Of a stretch of 64,000 bases of DNA, positions 30,124 to 40,061 are shown in pieces (position 1 is the stretch's first letter; the number at the start of each line of letters is the position of its first letter). The notes beneath the pieces are model-generated. The model saw only the letters and a program-made list of their open reading frames with translations, ran no database searches and was not told the DNA's origin. Source of the stretch: an uncultured Gammaproteobacteria bacterium (GTDB taxonomy: Bacteria > Pseudomonadota > Gammaproteobacteria > PS1 > Pseudothioglobaceae); the NCBI GenBank assembly GCA_937896195.1, contig CALBNC010000081.1:5218-69217 (forward strand), read 5' to 3'. The position numbers and the translations under genes are program-made.

Positions 30124-31398
30124 TTATTTAGAATAATGCGACCAATTTGGCTCTCGAACCTCACCAGCTTTACTGGCTAGTTCAAATGTCTCATGACCCA
30201 AAATAGAAACTACCGATAACACGCCAGAATCATCTTTATTAGTGGCAAAGATAATCATACTACCATTAGGCGAAAAGAATGGTGATTCGTCCAACTTATT
30301 TTGGGTCATAACCATTAAATCTTTAGTGGCAATATCCAATAATGCAATGCGATAATCCTTATCAACTCGATGTACTAGCGCTAAACTCTTGCCATCAGGT
30401 GAAAAGACAGCTTTAGCGTTATAGCTTCCTACAAAAGTAGCCCTGTTAATCTTTCCAGTCTTTAAATGCTTAATGTAAACCTGAACTTGACCTGAGCGAT
30501 TAGAGGTAAAGGCAATACGCTCTCCGTCAGCAGAATAGCTTGCTTCTGTATCAATGCTCACATCACTGGTTAATCGAGTTAGCTTTTCATCTTTTAAATG
30601 ATAAGAATATATATCTTTATTGCCGTCTTTGGATAATGTTAAAACAATACTTTCACCATTGGGATGCCAAGCTGGTGCTGAAGCAATGCCATCAAAATAA
30701 GGAAGTTTTTGAGTCTTACGACGTACAAATGGGTATTGAATAAAAACCTCAGATTGGCCATTTTTAAAAGATACATAAGCTATCTGATTTTGATCAGGTG
30801 ACCAGGCGGGTGATAAGATTGGACTAGCCGCTCTAAGAATAGTTTGAGGATTTTGTGCATCAGAGTCTGATATTTCTAATCGATATTCCCGCTTACCTTG
30901 GCCTTTATTGGCAACAGTTACATAAGCTAAGCGTGTATCAAACGAGCCTTTTTCGCCCAATAAGGCAAAATATATTTGGTCAGATAAGTAATGAGTAATT
31001 CGTCTAATACCACTGTTGTGTACGGAAAATTTTTTGGCATAGAGAGTTTTTCTCGAATATACATCAAGTAATTCGATTTCAACATTAAAAATTTTCTTAC
31101 TAACCTGTTCAAGTTTACCAATAACAATTGCTTCGGCTTTTTTAGCTTGCCACTTATCAAAATCAACCTGATTTGTAATAATATAATCAGCACTAGAGGC
31201 GCTAAATTCGCCAGAGCGATTAAAATTATCACGCATAATATTTGCAATTAACTCGCCTTGCTTGGCATCACCTTTAACTAAGAATGGAGAAATGACAATA
31301 GGAAAAGCATCTCCAGCCTTTTTTAGAATCGTAACTTCTAAAATAGCAAAAGCCGTTGCACTATAAAACGTTAAGAATGCAACTATAAATCTAATCAT
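30124..31398 (-). CDS. tolB: Tol-Pal beta-propeller protein TolB
   Basis: N-terminal domain plus PD40 repeats (SPAWSPD, APAWHPNG, SPFFSPNG), VREPNWS. Confidence 0.93.
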   Translation of the reverse strand: MIRFIVAFLTFYSATAFAILEVTILKKAGDAFPIVISPFLVKGDAKQGELIANIMRDNFNRSGEFSASSADYIITNQVDFDKWQAKKAEAIVIGKLEQVSKKIFNVEIELLDVYSRKTLYAKKFSVHNSGIRRITHYLSDQIYFALLGEKGSFDTRLAYVTVANKGQGKREYRLEISDSDAQNPQTILRAASPILSPAWSPDQNQIAYVSFKNGQSEVFIQYPFVRRKTQKLPYFDGIASAPAWHPNGESIVLTLSKDGNKDIYSYHLKDEKLTRLTSDVSIDTEASYSADGERIAFTSNRSGQVQVYIKHLKTGKINRATFVGSYNAKAVFSPDGKSLALVHRVDKDYRIALLDIATKDLMVMTQNKLDESPFFSPNGSMIIFATNKDDSGVLSVVSILGHETFELASKAGEVREPNWSHYSK

Positions 31399-31589
31399 TC
31401 TCTCTCTTCAATCCAATTCATTTGAATAGCTTCAAGAATCTTTTCACCTGTTTTTTCAGCATCATCATCAAACTCATCTAACGCCATAACCATAGCTCTA
31501 AGATCTACAAATCCTATTGTTAAAGGGTCTATATCAGGGTATGCTTCATCTAAAGCAATTGCAATATCTAGAGAGTCTGTCCAATTCAT
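31395..31589 (-). CDS. iscX: Fe-S assembly protein IscX
   Basis: MNWTDSLDIAIALDEAYPDIDP...EKILEAIQMNWIEE. Confidence 0.93.
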   Translation of the reverse strand: MNWTDSLDIAIALDEAYPDIDPLTIGFVDLRAMVMALDEFDDDAEKTGEKILEAIQMNWIEERE

Positions 31590-31668
31590 AAAAATACCTA
31601 TAAAATAATTAACTTAATTTTAACCAAATAGCTAGCAATGGTGTGCCCTTTTGGCATGCAATAGTTGA

Positions 31669-33807
31669 TTAAATTCTACGAACACCTTGAATAAATTTAA
31701 GTGCTTTTAAAGACTCTGTAATTTCATATAAATGCCTAGAATCTTTCACATTAATAACTAAATCAAGAGATTTGAGAGAGTTGTCTTTTTCTTGAACAGT
31801 AATATGCTCAATGTTACTTTTGAGCTTTGACACCGTATTCGCAACTGAGGCAAGCGCCCCGCGCTGATTATCTACATCAACTGAGATCTTAACATCAAAA
31901 CTCTCGTTTTTATCGTTTTGCCAGTCAATAGTTAACCATTGTGCCTGCTTACTCTTCAAACGAATCAAATTAGGGCAATTAGATCGATGCATCACCATTC
32001 CTTTTGATGTAGTTAGGATGCCAGATACCTTGTCTCCTGGAATCGGGTAGCAGCAATGGGCAAAATTAATAGCTTTATCTCGAGTCGAGTTAATTCTAAT
32101 ATTTTGAACTTCATATTGTTTATCGCCATCTTGCAATTTATTAAGCACCACTGAAACCAAAATTTCACTCAAGCCAATTCGTAAATGCATATCTTCTAAT
32201 GAGTCACACCCTAACTCATTAAGGCAAGTTTGCCATTTTTCATCACTAATAGTCTCTACATCGACCGTAAGATAATCAAGCGCATTAGATAGTAAATACT
32301 CACCTAATTGAATAAGTTCTGAGGCAGATTGTGATTTTAGATGAACCTTAATTGCAGATTTAGCTTTCGCTGTAACTGCCATTTGAAGCCAAGATGGGTG
32401 CGGTTTTGCCTGATCATCTGTAATAATTTCCACAGTTTGCCCTGAGTGAAGTTGTGTTGAAATAGGCGCACTCACTTGGTCAATTTTAGCTTTAATCGTT
32501 TTATGTCCTATATTAGTATGCACCATATAGGCAAAATCTAACACAGTCGCACGATAAGGCAATTGAATGATATCGCCGCCCGGCGTAAATACAAAAACCT
32601 CTGAGGGAAATAAATCATTCTTGGTTTCTTCCAAAAATTCGACTGACGTGTCTGAATTTTGCTGAATGTCCAGCAATGAACCCAGCCAATTGCTGGCCAA
32701 TTCAGAGCTATCGCTCGAGTCACTTTTATAATGCCAATGCGCTGCAATTCCATATTCGGAAACAAAATGCATATCTTTAGAGCGAATTTGCACTTCAATG
32801 AAAATTTTATTAGGGCCAAGCAAAATAGTATGTAGCGACTGATAGCCATTAGATTTTGGTAATGCAACATAATCTTTAAACTTACCAGGTAATGGCTTAT
32901 ATAGATTATGAATCACACCAAGTGCCTGATAACACTGGGCAACATCGTCAACAATCACCCGAAAAGCATACATATCTAACACTTGATTAAACTTCAAGTT
33001 CTTGTTTTTCATCTTTTTATAAATGCTACAAGGTTGTTTACGGCGACCACTAATATCAACTTCTGGAAGCCCTTCTTTCATCAAACGAGTATTAAGCTGA
33101 TCTTGAATACGCTCAAGAACCTTAGTTCGATTACCATATTGCTTTTTAATTTGACTCGCTAAAACTTTATGGCGAAACGGATGAATAATGGCAAAACATA
33201 AATTATCCAACTCAACTCTAATACTATTTAAACCCAATCTTCTGGCAATTGGCGCATGGATTTCAACTGTTTCCTTAGCAATTCTTAGCTGTTTATCTCT
33301 TTGCATAGAGTCCAAAGTGCGAATATTGTCCAGTCGATCAGCCAACTTAATAACCATTACTCGCATATCGTCACTCATTGCTAAGAACAATTTTCGGAAA
33401 TTTTGCGCCTGCCTATCAATAGTTGTATGAAACTCTAAACCAGTTAATTTAGAAACGCCCTCTACAATATGTGCTATTTCAGAGCCAAAATCACGCTTAA
33501 TCTCTTCATAAGTAACACTAGTATCTTCAATGCAATCGTGAAGTAATGCAGCTACAATACAGTAATAATCTAGCTGTAAATCCGCCAAAATCATGGCCAC
33601 AGAGAGAGGATGAAATACATACGCTTCACCGGATTTTCGATATTGTCCATCGTGAGCTGTTGCTGCAATAATATAAGCTTGATAAACCTTTTCTACTTGA
33701 GATTTAGGCATATATAAATCAAGTATTTCACACAGATCACTAATTAGAACTCTTTGATGGATTTTTGACATGTAATTTGAGCTAAATCTAGAATTAAGTT
33801 TTGCCAT
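31669..33807 (-). CDS. spoT: Bifunctional (p)ppGpp synthetase/hydrolase (start may be 33771)
   Basis: HD domain (AHDGQYRKSGEAY, LLHDCIEDT), synthetase (KDYVALPKSNGYQSLHT, EVQIRS), TGS and ACT domains. Confidence 0.93.
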   Translation of the reverse strand: MAKLNSRFSSNYMSKIHQRVLISDLCEILDLYMPKSQVEKVYQAYIIAATAHDGQYRKSGEAYVFHPLSVAMILADLQLDYYCIVAALLHDCIEDTSVTYEEIKRDFGSEIAHIVEGVSKLTGLEFHTTIDRQAQNFRKLFLAMSDDMRVMVIKLADRLDNIRTLDSMQRDKQLRIAKETVEIHAPIARRLGLNSIRVELDNLCFAIIHPFRHKVLASQIKKQYGNRTKVLERIQDQLNTRLMKEGLPEVDISGRRKQPCSIYKKMKNKNLKFNQVLDMYAFRVIVDDVAQCYQALGVIHNLYKPLPGKFKDYVALPKSNGYQSLHTILLGPNKIFIEVQIRSKDMHFVSEYGIAAHWHYKSDSSDSSELASNWLGSLLDIQQNSDTSVEFLEETKNDLFPSEVFVFTPGGDIIQLPYRATVLDFAYMVHTNIGHKTIKAKIDQVSAPISTQLHSGQTVEIITDDQAKPHPSWLQMAVTAKAKSAIKVHLKSQSASELIQLGEYLLSNALDYLTVDVETISDEKWQTCLNELGCDSLEDMHLRIGLSEILVSVVLNKLQDGDKQYEVQNIRINSTRDKAINFAHCCYPIPGDKVSGILTTSKGMVMHRSNCPNLIRLKSKQAQWLTIDWQNDKNESFDVKISVDVDNQRGALASVANTVSKLKSNIEHITVQEKDNSLKSLDLVINVKDSRHLYEITESLKALKFIQGVRRI

Positions 33808-33868
33808 TATAATACTTTGGTGTCAGTATAATGCTTTGCATATTTATAATAAATTTATTCAAAAATTC

Positions 33869-34636
33869 ATGAAAAAACTCATTCTAATCTTACCTTTACT
33901 TACATTATTTCTTGGTGGCTGTTTCTGGGAGGAAGAGAAAAAGCGAGAATCAATTACCAAAGGCTGGTCTCCAAAAACCTTTTTTAATCAGGCAAAAGAG
34001 CAGGTTTCAGCAGGCTCTATGGATAAAGCTATTGAGCTTTTTGAACAGCTTCAGGCAGCTTATCCAGGCTCGAAATACGCTCTGCAATCAAAGCTAGAGA
34101 TTGCCTATGCACTTTACAAGAGTGAAGATTACGATCCAGCAATTGATCGACTTAATAGCTACATCAAACTTTACCCTAATCACTTCTCTACGCCTTATGC
34201 TTATTATTTACGCGGCATAATTTCAGAAGATAAATCTCGCTCAATCTTAGATGATTACATTACTGACAACGCACAACGTGATGTTAATTCAGTAAAGGAT
34301 GCCTTTAATTATTACTTAGCATTGATTGATAAATTTCCTAAAACAGAATACACCGAAGAAGCTAAAACTCGACTAATTGTACTTCGAAACATCTTATCTC
34401 GTCATGAATTGTTTGTGGCTATCTACTACACCAGAAAAGGCGCTAATATCGCAGCTATCAACCGTAGCAAGTATATTATAGAGAAATATCCAAATACACC
34501 TTCTGTTCCTGCTGCGCTTCATTTAATGGCTCATAACTACGACATTATTAACACGCCAATTCTTGCTACAGATGCTCGTCGTGTATTAAAACAAAGCTAC
34601 CCTTTATATACACCGCACTATTCGTTAGAAAACTAA
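33869..34636 (+). CDS. bamD: Outer membrane assembly lipoprotein BamD
   Basis: Lipobox LGGC, TPRs (YPGSKYALQSKLEIAY), HELFVAIYY..KGANIAAINR. Confidence 0.92.
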   Translation: MKKLILILPLLTLFLGGCFWEEEKKRESITKGWSPKTFFNQAKEQVSAGSMDKAIELFEQLQAAYPGSKYALQSKLEIAYALYKSEDYDPAIDRLNSYIKLYPNHFSTPYAYYLRGIISEDKSRSILDDYITDNAQRDVNSVKDAFNYYLALIDKFPKTEYTEEAKTRLIVLRNILSRHELFVAIYYTRKGANIAAINRSKYIIEKYPNTPSVPAALHLMAHNYDIINTPILATDARRVLKQSYPLYTPHYSLEN

Positions 34637-34652
34637 CCAACATTAGCCGCTC

Positions 34653-35807
34653 ATGACAAAACTAGAGCGATCTTTCGCGCTAAAAATATCCCTCATCATG
34701 GCGACACGCATGTTGGGCTTGTTTATGATTTTTCCTATTTTTTCAGTCTATGCCAACAACTATACAAGTGTTACACCGCTATTAATTGGTGCAGCCATTG
34801 GTGCTTACGGACTAACTCAAGCATTTTTTCAAATTCCGTTTGGTTATTTATCGGATAAATATGGACGAAAACCTTTATTGATACTAGGTCTCATTATCTT
34901 TTTCATGGGTAGTGTCGTTGCAGCTACTGCTGATGATATATTCCAAGTAGTAATTGGTAGAGCTTTACAAGGTGCAGGTGCTATCTCTGCCGTACTCATG
35001 GCATTTTTAGCAGATTATATTAGCGAAAACGAACGCCCAAAAGCCAATGCGTTTGTTGGTGTTCAAATCGGTATAGCTTTCATGTTGGCATTATTATTAG
35101 GCCCTGTTATTGTTTATCAGATCGGTATTTCTGGGCTCTTTTGGACAATTGCAGCACTTTCAATTGTGGCACTATTAGTAGTAACTACATTACCGCATGC
35201 CAAACCAAAAAAGCAATATACACTTTCGATTGAAAATTTTAAGCGTATTTTAACGCCCGCTTTGCTTAGGCTCGATTTTAGTGTCTTTGCTCTGCATTTA
35301 ATTCTCACTAGCGCCTTTATCGCTATTCCAATTTTTCTTGTTGAAAACAACATTCTTTCCATTCAAGATAATTGGCAAATTTATTTACCTGTTATTATTT
35401 TGTCCTTTCTAGGCATGGTTCCAATGATCATTGTTGCCACTAAATATCAAAAGACTAAAACCATTTTTTTGTTAGCGATTTTCTTGTTAGCATTAAGTCA
35501 AATGCTGTTTTATCAAACTGCCTTAAATTACGCCACATTCTTTATTATTCTTACTTTATTTTTTACGGCATTTAATGCCTTAGAGGCACTACTGCCTTCA
35601 CTAATCGCCAAAACAGCAACCAGCGATAAACGTGGACTAGCAATGGGTTTCTATGCTAGTTCACAATTTTTAGGGGCATTTGTAGGTGGTATTTCTGGCG
35701 GGTGGATTTACCACACGCTCGGTCTAAATAGTGTATTCTTATTCACCACATTTATCGCACTTATTTGGTGGCTAATCGCACTAAGTATGAACACTGAAAA
35801 ACATTAA
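34653..35807 (+). CDS. MFS transporter, YajR-like
   Basis: RMLGLFMIFP, QIPFGYLSDKYGRKP, GRALQGAGA, SSQFLGAFVGG. Confidence 0.85.
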   Translation: MTKLERSFALKISLIMATRMLGLFMIFPIFSVYANNYTSVTPLLIGAAIGAYGLTQAFFQIPFGYLSDKYGRKPLLILGLIIFFMGSVVAATADDIFQVVIGRALQGAGAISAVLMAFLADYISENERPKANAFVGVQIGIAFMLALLLGPVIVYQIGISGLFWTIAALSIVALLVVTTLPHAKPKKQYTLSIENFKRILTPALLRLDFSVFALHLILTSAFIAIPIFLVENNILSIQDNWQIYLPVIILSFLGMVPMIIVATKYQKTKTIFLLAIFLLALSQMLFYQTALNYATFFIILTLFFTAFNALEALLPSLIAKTATSDKRGLAMGFYASSQFLGAFVGGISGGWIYHTLGLNSVFLFTTFIALIWWLIALSMNTEKH

Positions 35808-35828
35808 AAATTTACGGGAAAAAATATT

Positions 35829-36308
35829 ATGGCAGGCATTAATAAAGTAATTTTAGTAGGTAACTTAGGCCAAAAGCCAGAAGTTAAATTTGCATCAAAC
35901 GGCAATGCAATTGCTAATATTTCGGTGGCAACAAGCGAATCTTGGACAGATAAAAATACTGGTCAAAAACAAGAGAAAACAGAATGGCACCGCGTTAGCT
36001 TATTTGGTAAGTTAGCTGAAATTGCCGGCCAATATTTAGACAAAGGCTCTAAAGTGTATGTTGAAGGTAAGCTACAAACTCGTAAGTGGCAAGATAAATC
36101 AGGCGCTGATCGTTACACGACTGAAGTGGTTGTTTCAGGTTTTAATGGTACATTGCAAATGTTAGATCGTCGTGAAGGTGCACCAATGGGTGGAGCGCCA
36201 CAAGCTGGTGGCCAGCAATCTGCACCAAGTGCACCTAGAGCGCAAGCACCTACACAAGATCCAATTACACCTGTTGATAATGGCTTTGATGATGATATTC
36301 CTTTCTAA
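35829..36308 (+). CDS. ssb: Single-stranded DNA-binding protein
   Basis: [21 protein letters not shown]-terminal DDDIPF. Confidence 0.97.
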   Translation: MAGINKVILVGNLGQKPEVKFASNGNAIANISVATSESWTDKNTGQKQEKTEWHRVSLFGKLAEIAGQYLDKGSKVYVEGKLQTRKWQDKSGADRYTTEVVVSGFNGTLQMLDRREGAPMGGAPQAGGQQSAPSAPRAQAPTQDPITPVDNGFDDDIPF

Positions 36309-36328
36309 GTAGGGATAAAAGAAACTTT

Positions 36329-36358
36329 AAAAAAGCCTGTTATTACAGGCTTTTTTTT
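36329..36358 (+). terminator. Intrinsic terminator after ssb
   Basis: AAAAAAGCCTGT-TATT-ACAGGCTTTTTTTT. Confidence 0.85.
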
Positions 36359-36481
36359 ATAGCTACATGTTTCGTTATTTTTTTTAGCCAAATGCCATAA
36401 TGGCCTATCCAAGATATATAGGACACATCTACCTTTTTCAATAGGGATAATCACCCTAGCGAAACTATTGATTAATAATTT

Positions 36482-36961
36482 ATGATTAATAAACAACCCG
36501 TACAAATTTGGATTGATGCAGATGCTTGTCCCGTTGTTATTAAAGATATTCTCTTTAAAGCAGCGGATCGCACTCAAACTAAAACAACTCTAGTTGCTAA
36601 TCATGCATTATATCTACCACCCTCCCTCTATCTTAGCTTTATTCAGGTAGGAGCTGGGTTTGATGTGGCTGACAATGAGATTGTTAAGCGCTTAAATCCA
36701 GGTGACTTAGTAATCACTAGCGACATACCTTTGGCAGATGAAGTTATCACTAAAGGTGGACTTGCTCTCAGTCCAAGAGGAGAGTTGTTTAGCGCTGGTA
36801 ATATTAAATCAAAACTTAGTATGCGTGATTTTATGGATGTGATACGCTCAAGTGGTGTGCAAACTGGTGGCCCGGCACCACTAAGCCAAGCAGATAGACA
36901 AGCTTTTGCTAATCATTTAGATCACTGGTTAAACCAAGCTAGCCTCTCTAAAAAATCATGA
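36482..36961 (+). CDS. yaiI: YaiI/YqxD (UPF0178) family protein
   Basis: [29 protein letters not shown]. Confidence 0.9.
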   Translation: MINKQPVQIWIDADACPVVIKDILFKAADRTQTKTTLVANHALYLPPSLYLSFIQVGAGFDVADNEIVKRLNPGDLVITSDIPLADEVITKGGLALSPRGELFSAGNIKSKLSMRDFMDVIRSSGVQTGGPAPLSQADRQAFANHLDHWLNQASLSKKS

Positions 36962-37021
36962 TGACCTTAAAAAGCGAATTTTATGAATCGCCGTGGGCTT
37001 CGAGATACCTTTGGATATTAA

Positions 37022-37267
37022 TTAAATTCTCTTAATACCATGATTGTACATTCTTGCTGCCATTTTCAAGCTGTGTGTTTTTGGCTGAAAAAAAGCATGG
37101 CCAATATGCTTGCGGCTTTTTAACCAAGGCTGTACAACTTGAGTATCAACCTTGGTTTTCGCTTGCGTTGCACGAACCAAATCCTTGCTAAAGGATTGTG
37201 CTGCTATAGAGGTTCCAGTTGCTGATAAGGCTTCTGAAACTTCAGCAATCATATTCTTGAACTGCAT
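37022..37267 (-). CDS. Hypothetical protein (81 aa)
   Basis: Strong SD AAGGAG; no recognised domain. Confidence 0.6.
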   Translation of the reverse strand: MQFKNMIAEVSEALSATGTSIAAQSFSKDLVRATQAKTKVDTQVVQPWLKSRKHIGHAFFQPKTHSLKMAARMYNHGIKRI

Positions 37268-37358
37268 ATTTTCTCCTTTTTTTTGATGAACTCAATTTAA
37301 CTATACGCCTAATCGAGCACCCATAAAAGAAATATTTTTGACTTTACTTTATGCTTAA

Positions 37359-37853
37359 TCAACGCCAAGTTGGCTTCATATAAACACCAGGTGTTGCTTC
37401 TTCAGCTATAACCTTACCCGGCTCCATCATTGTTCGAATACCTTGATCCATTCCTGGCATCATAAATGAAGACTGAGGCTGCTGATATTGCTTCTGAGGC
37501 TGCATACCTGGATTAAATGGCATCATACTCATCCCACCAAAAGATTGTGCCGGCCTACTAGCTTGACGGCTAGGTGCTGAATTTACTGCCCATGGCATAG
37601 GATTGTAAGCAGGCTGAGAATATCCTTGTCTTGGTGTCGCATATCTAGAGTTAGAATATCTAGGCTGAGAGTAACCTTGAGCTCCCCACGGCATAGAATT
37701 ACCAAAAGGTTGCATTTGAGGCTGGGAAACACCCTGCCCACCAAATGGCGACATCATCGAAGACGGATTGCTAAAATTGGCACTCGACAAGGTACTAATA
37801 GCTAATGTTAGCCCTAAGCAAGTTTTGATAATATGGTGTCTTGTGTTTTTCAT
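37359..37853 (-). CDS. Secreted Pro/Gln/Gly/Ser/Met-rich low-complexity protein (candidate sulfur globule/structural protein A)
   Basis: SD GAGGAG, Sec signal ending LSSA, repeats QG(Y/V)SQP and MPW. Confidence 0.7.
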   Translation of the reverse strand: MKNTRHHIIKTCLGLTLAISTLSSANFSNPSSMMSPFGGQGVSQPQMQPFGNSMPWGAQGYSQPRYSNSRYATPRQGYSQPAYNPMPWAVNSAPSRQASRPAQSFGGMSMMPFNPGMQPQKQYQQPQSSFMMPGMDQGIRTMMEPGKVIAEEATPGVYMKPTWR

Positions 37854-37942
37854 GTCGATTCTCCTCAAGAATTAAATAGTATTAGATTGAACTATACACT
37901 GGAGCAATAATCGATATAAGCTATTTTTAGTTATTTAGCGCA

Positions 37943-38341
37943 TTAAGATTTATTTTTATTGTCCCAATAATTAGCGCGATCTTTTAAGATCCAGCGAACA
38001 CCGCCTTTAGGATTTTCAACATCACCTTTGTAACGTGGAATTAAATGCACATGCAAATGTTTAATACTTTGCCCAGCCATTTCTCCATTGTTAACACCGA
38101 TATTGTAAGCATCAGGCCTGAATTCTTTGTCAAGAATTAATTTTGCTTTTTGCACGGCAATACCAATTGCCAATAACTCCGCCTCGCTCGCCTCAAAGTA
38201 AGTTGCAAAGTGGCGCTTTGGAATGACCAAAGTATGGCCAGGAGAAGCTGGAAAATTATCAATAAAAGTAATGGTTAAATCGCATTCACCAATAATTCTT
38301 TCTTGATTTTTTAATTCACAAAACAAGCATTCTGTTGTCAT
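37943..38341 (-). CDS. HIT family nucleotide hydrolase
   Basis: CLFC, PASPGHTLVIPKRH, AGQSIKHLHVHLIPRY. Confidence 0.92.
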   Translation of the reverse strand: MTTECLFCELKNQERIIGECDLTITFIDNFPASPGHTLVIPKRHFATYFEASEAELLAIGIAVQKAKLILDKEFRPDAYNIGVNNGEMAGQSIKHLHVHLIPRYKGDVENPKGGVRWILKDRANYWDNKNKS

Positions 38342-38427
38342 ATTGCCACCTGGCTTAAAAGATAAATAATTTGGACGACAATTTTACCTCAATCAAACAT
38401 CAAATATTGAAGCGCTTTTTTAGACGC

Positions 38428-38455
38428 AAAAAAGCCGGCTATTAACCGGCTTTTT
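38428..38455 (-). terminator. Terminator after secreted proteins C-B
   Basis: AAAAAGCCGG-CTATTAA-CCGGCTTTTT. Confidence 0.85.
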
Positions 38456-38472
38456 CTTAAACAACTAAAGAC

Positions 38473-39072
38473 TTACTTGGTTGTTTCTGCTGCTGGTGGT
38501 GTGTCTGATTCAGCTGTAGCAGGAATTACTTGGTTGTAACCATAGTTCCAAGGTCCGTTTTTCATTGGTCCAAAAGAATTTGAACCTGTATCAAAACCAA
38601 ATGGAGATGCACCTGTACCCATGTTAAATGGCTGAGAGTTATTGCCACCATTAAACGGGTTAAAGTTTGTATCTGCCTTCATTGGGCCAAAGCTATTACC
38701 GTTACTCCAAGGAGTGTTGTTAAAGCTATTAGTATTCATTGGCATGTTGTTAGTATTCATTGGCATGTTGTTAGTATTCATTGGCATGTTTTTACTCCAA
38801 TTATTGCTATTTGACCAAGGACCATTATTAAAATTACCACCATTCATTGGAACATTTTTACTCCAGCTATTTGTATTTGACCAAGGGCCATTGTTAAAGC
38901 TTTGTCCATTCCAAGGGCCGTTGTTAAAATTACCAAAGTTGTTAGCATTGCCACCGTTACTCCAAGGCGTGTTGTTGCCAAAGTTTGTAGGATTGTTGCT
39001 ATTCCAGTTATTGCTAAAAGCAGATGCACCAAGTGCAACTGTCATTAATGTGATTACGATTATTTTTTTCAT
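38473..39072 (-). CDS. Secreted Asn/Gly/Pro/Trp-rich repeat protein (candidate B)
   Basis: Signal MKKIIVITLMTVALGASA, repeats FNNGPW / NNTPWSNG / NMPMNTN, Pro/Ala tail. Confidence 0.75.
   Translation of the reverse strand: MKKIIVITLMTVALGASAFSNNWNSNNPTNFGNNTPWSNGGNANNFGNFNNGPWNGQSFNNGPWSNTNSWSKNVPMNGGNFNNGPWSNSNNWSKNMPMNTNNMPMNTNNMPMNTNSFNNTPWSNGNSFGPMKADTNFNPFNGGNNSQPFNMGTGASPFGFDTGSNSFGPMKNGPWNYGYNQVIPATAESDTPPAAETTK
38729..38790. repeat. 21-bp tandem repeat x3 inside protein B (encodes NMPMNTN)
   Basis: TTAGTATTCATTGGCATGTTG at 38729, 38750 and 38771 (third copy 20 of 21 bp). Confidence 0.95.
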
Positions 39073-39095
39073 GATTTTTCCTTGTTTTATTAAGT

Positions 39096-39515
39096 TTATC
39101 TTGCTTGTGTGTTACTTACAGGTGTTGCATTGTTCATTGGTCTAAATGAATTATTACGGAAATTAAATGGCTGTGAGTTACCTCGCAAGCCTTGATTCCA
39201 GTTGTTATTTTGCCAAGGTACGCTTCCGCTCTGGTTGCGGCCATTCCATGGGCCACTGTTATTATTCCAAGGTCTGTTGTTATAACCATTGGAATTCCAA
39301 GGTGTGCTGTTTGTATCGAACTCATCCATCATGTCGTCCATTTCTTCACTAAACCAATCAGGTGTGAAAAAAGAATTTGGATTATGAGCAACAAAGCCAT
39401 TATTGGTGTTATTAGAATTACTACCCCAACCATTGTTTCCCCATGGATTGTTGCCATAATTAGCTGATGCACTAATTGCTAAAGTCATTAACGATGCTGT
39501 TATTATTCTTTTCAT
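39096..39515 (-). CDS. Secreted Asn/Gly/Trp-rich protein (candidate C)
   Basis: SD AAGGAG, signal ending ISASA, PW-N repeats, acidic motif TPDWFSEEMDDMMDEFD. Confidence 0.75.
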   Translation of the reverse strand: MKRIITASLMTLAISASANYGNNPWGNNGWGSNSNNTNNGFVAHNPNSFFTPDWFSEEMDDMMDEFDTNSTPWNSNGYNNRPWNNNSGPWNGRNQSGSVPWQNNNWNQGLRGNSQPFNFRNNSFRPMNNATPVSNTQAR

Positions 39516-39588
39516 CTGTCTCCTTATTTTTAATATTGGTTAATATTAACCTTAATTATAAACCACTTAAACTAATTGAATGGGCGAA

Positions 39589-39618
39589 AAAAAACCAGTA
39601 ACAAAATACTGGTTTTTT
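39589..39618 (-). terminator. Terminator after secreted protein D
   Basis: AAAAAACCAGTA-ACAAAA-TACTGGTTTTTT. Confidence 0.85.
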
Positions 39619-39634
39619 CTAAACTAACTAAAAC

Positions 39635-39985
39635 TTACTTAGTTGGTGCAACTGGAGCTTGAAGCGCCTGTGAACTATTCCAAGGATTGTTTGAGCTATT
39701 GTATGGGTTATAACCATTGAAGTTATTATTGTTCCAACCGTTGTTGTTGTTATTGAATTCATCATCAAACTTGTCTACCATGTTTGACATTTCTTCCATG
39801 TACCAACGTGGATCCCAGTAATCGTATGAGTTGTAACCAAACATACCGTTATCTTCTTGGTAGCCATTGTTGTTGCTGTAATTGTTGTTGCTGTAATTGT
39901 TGTTCCACGGCATATCGTTGCTGTTAAAAAATGCGTTTGCGCTTAAAGAAGCTGCGATTAATGCTATTGCTAAAAGTTTTTTCAT
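39635..39985 (-). CDS. Secreted Asn/Tyr-rich protein (candidate D)
   Basis: Signal ending LSANA, NNNYS repeats, motif DPRWYMEEMSNMVDKFDDEF, tail QAPVAPTK. Confidence 0.78.
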   Translation of the reverse strand: MKKLLAIALIAASLSANAFFNSNDMPWNNNYSNNNYSNNNGYQEDNGMFGYNSYDYWDPRWYMEEMSNMVDKFDDEFNNNNNGWNNNNFNGYNPYNSSNNPWNSSQALQAPVAPTK

Positions 39986-40061
39986 GACCTTATCTCCATA
40001 TCTAAAATTAAAGAAACTATATTATACCATGATAATATAGACTTGCAAGCTTTAATTATTA

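Noticed and set aside
36305-36577. 90-aa minus-strand ORF between ssb and yaiI
   Set aside because: Runs through the ssb terminator and overlaps yaiI antisense; no protein-like signal
38642-39467. Several ORFs (167, 64, 63, 61 and 91 aa) overlapping the Asn-rich genes, antisense or in alternative frames
   Set aside because: Shadow frames produced by the repetitive Asn/Gly/Pro codons; the signal peptides and SDs belong to the main minus-strand genes
38473-39985. Repeats considered as a CRISPR array
   Set aside because: Repeats are in-frame coding units with no unique spacers of constant length and no cas genes
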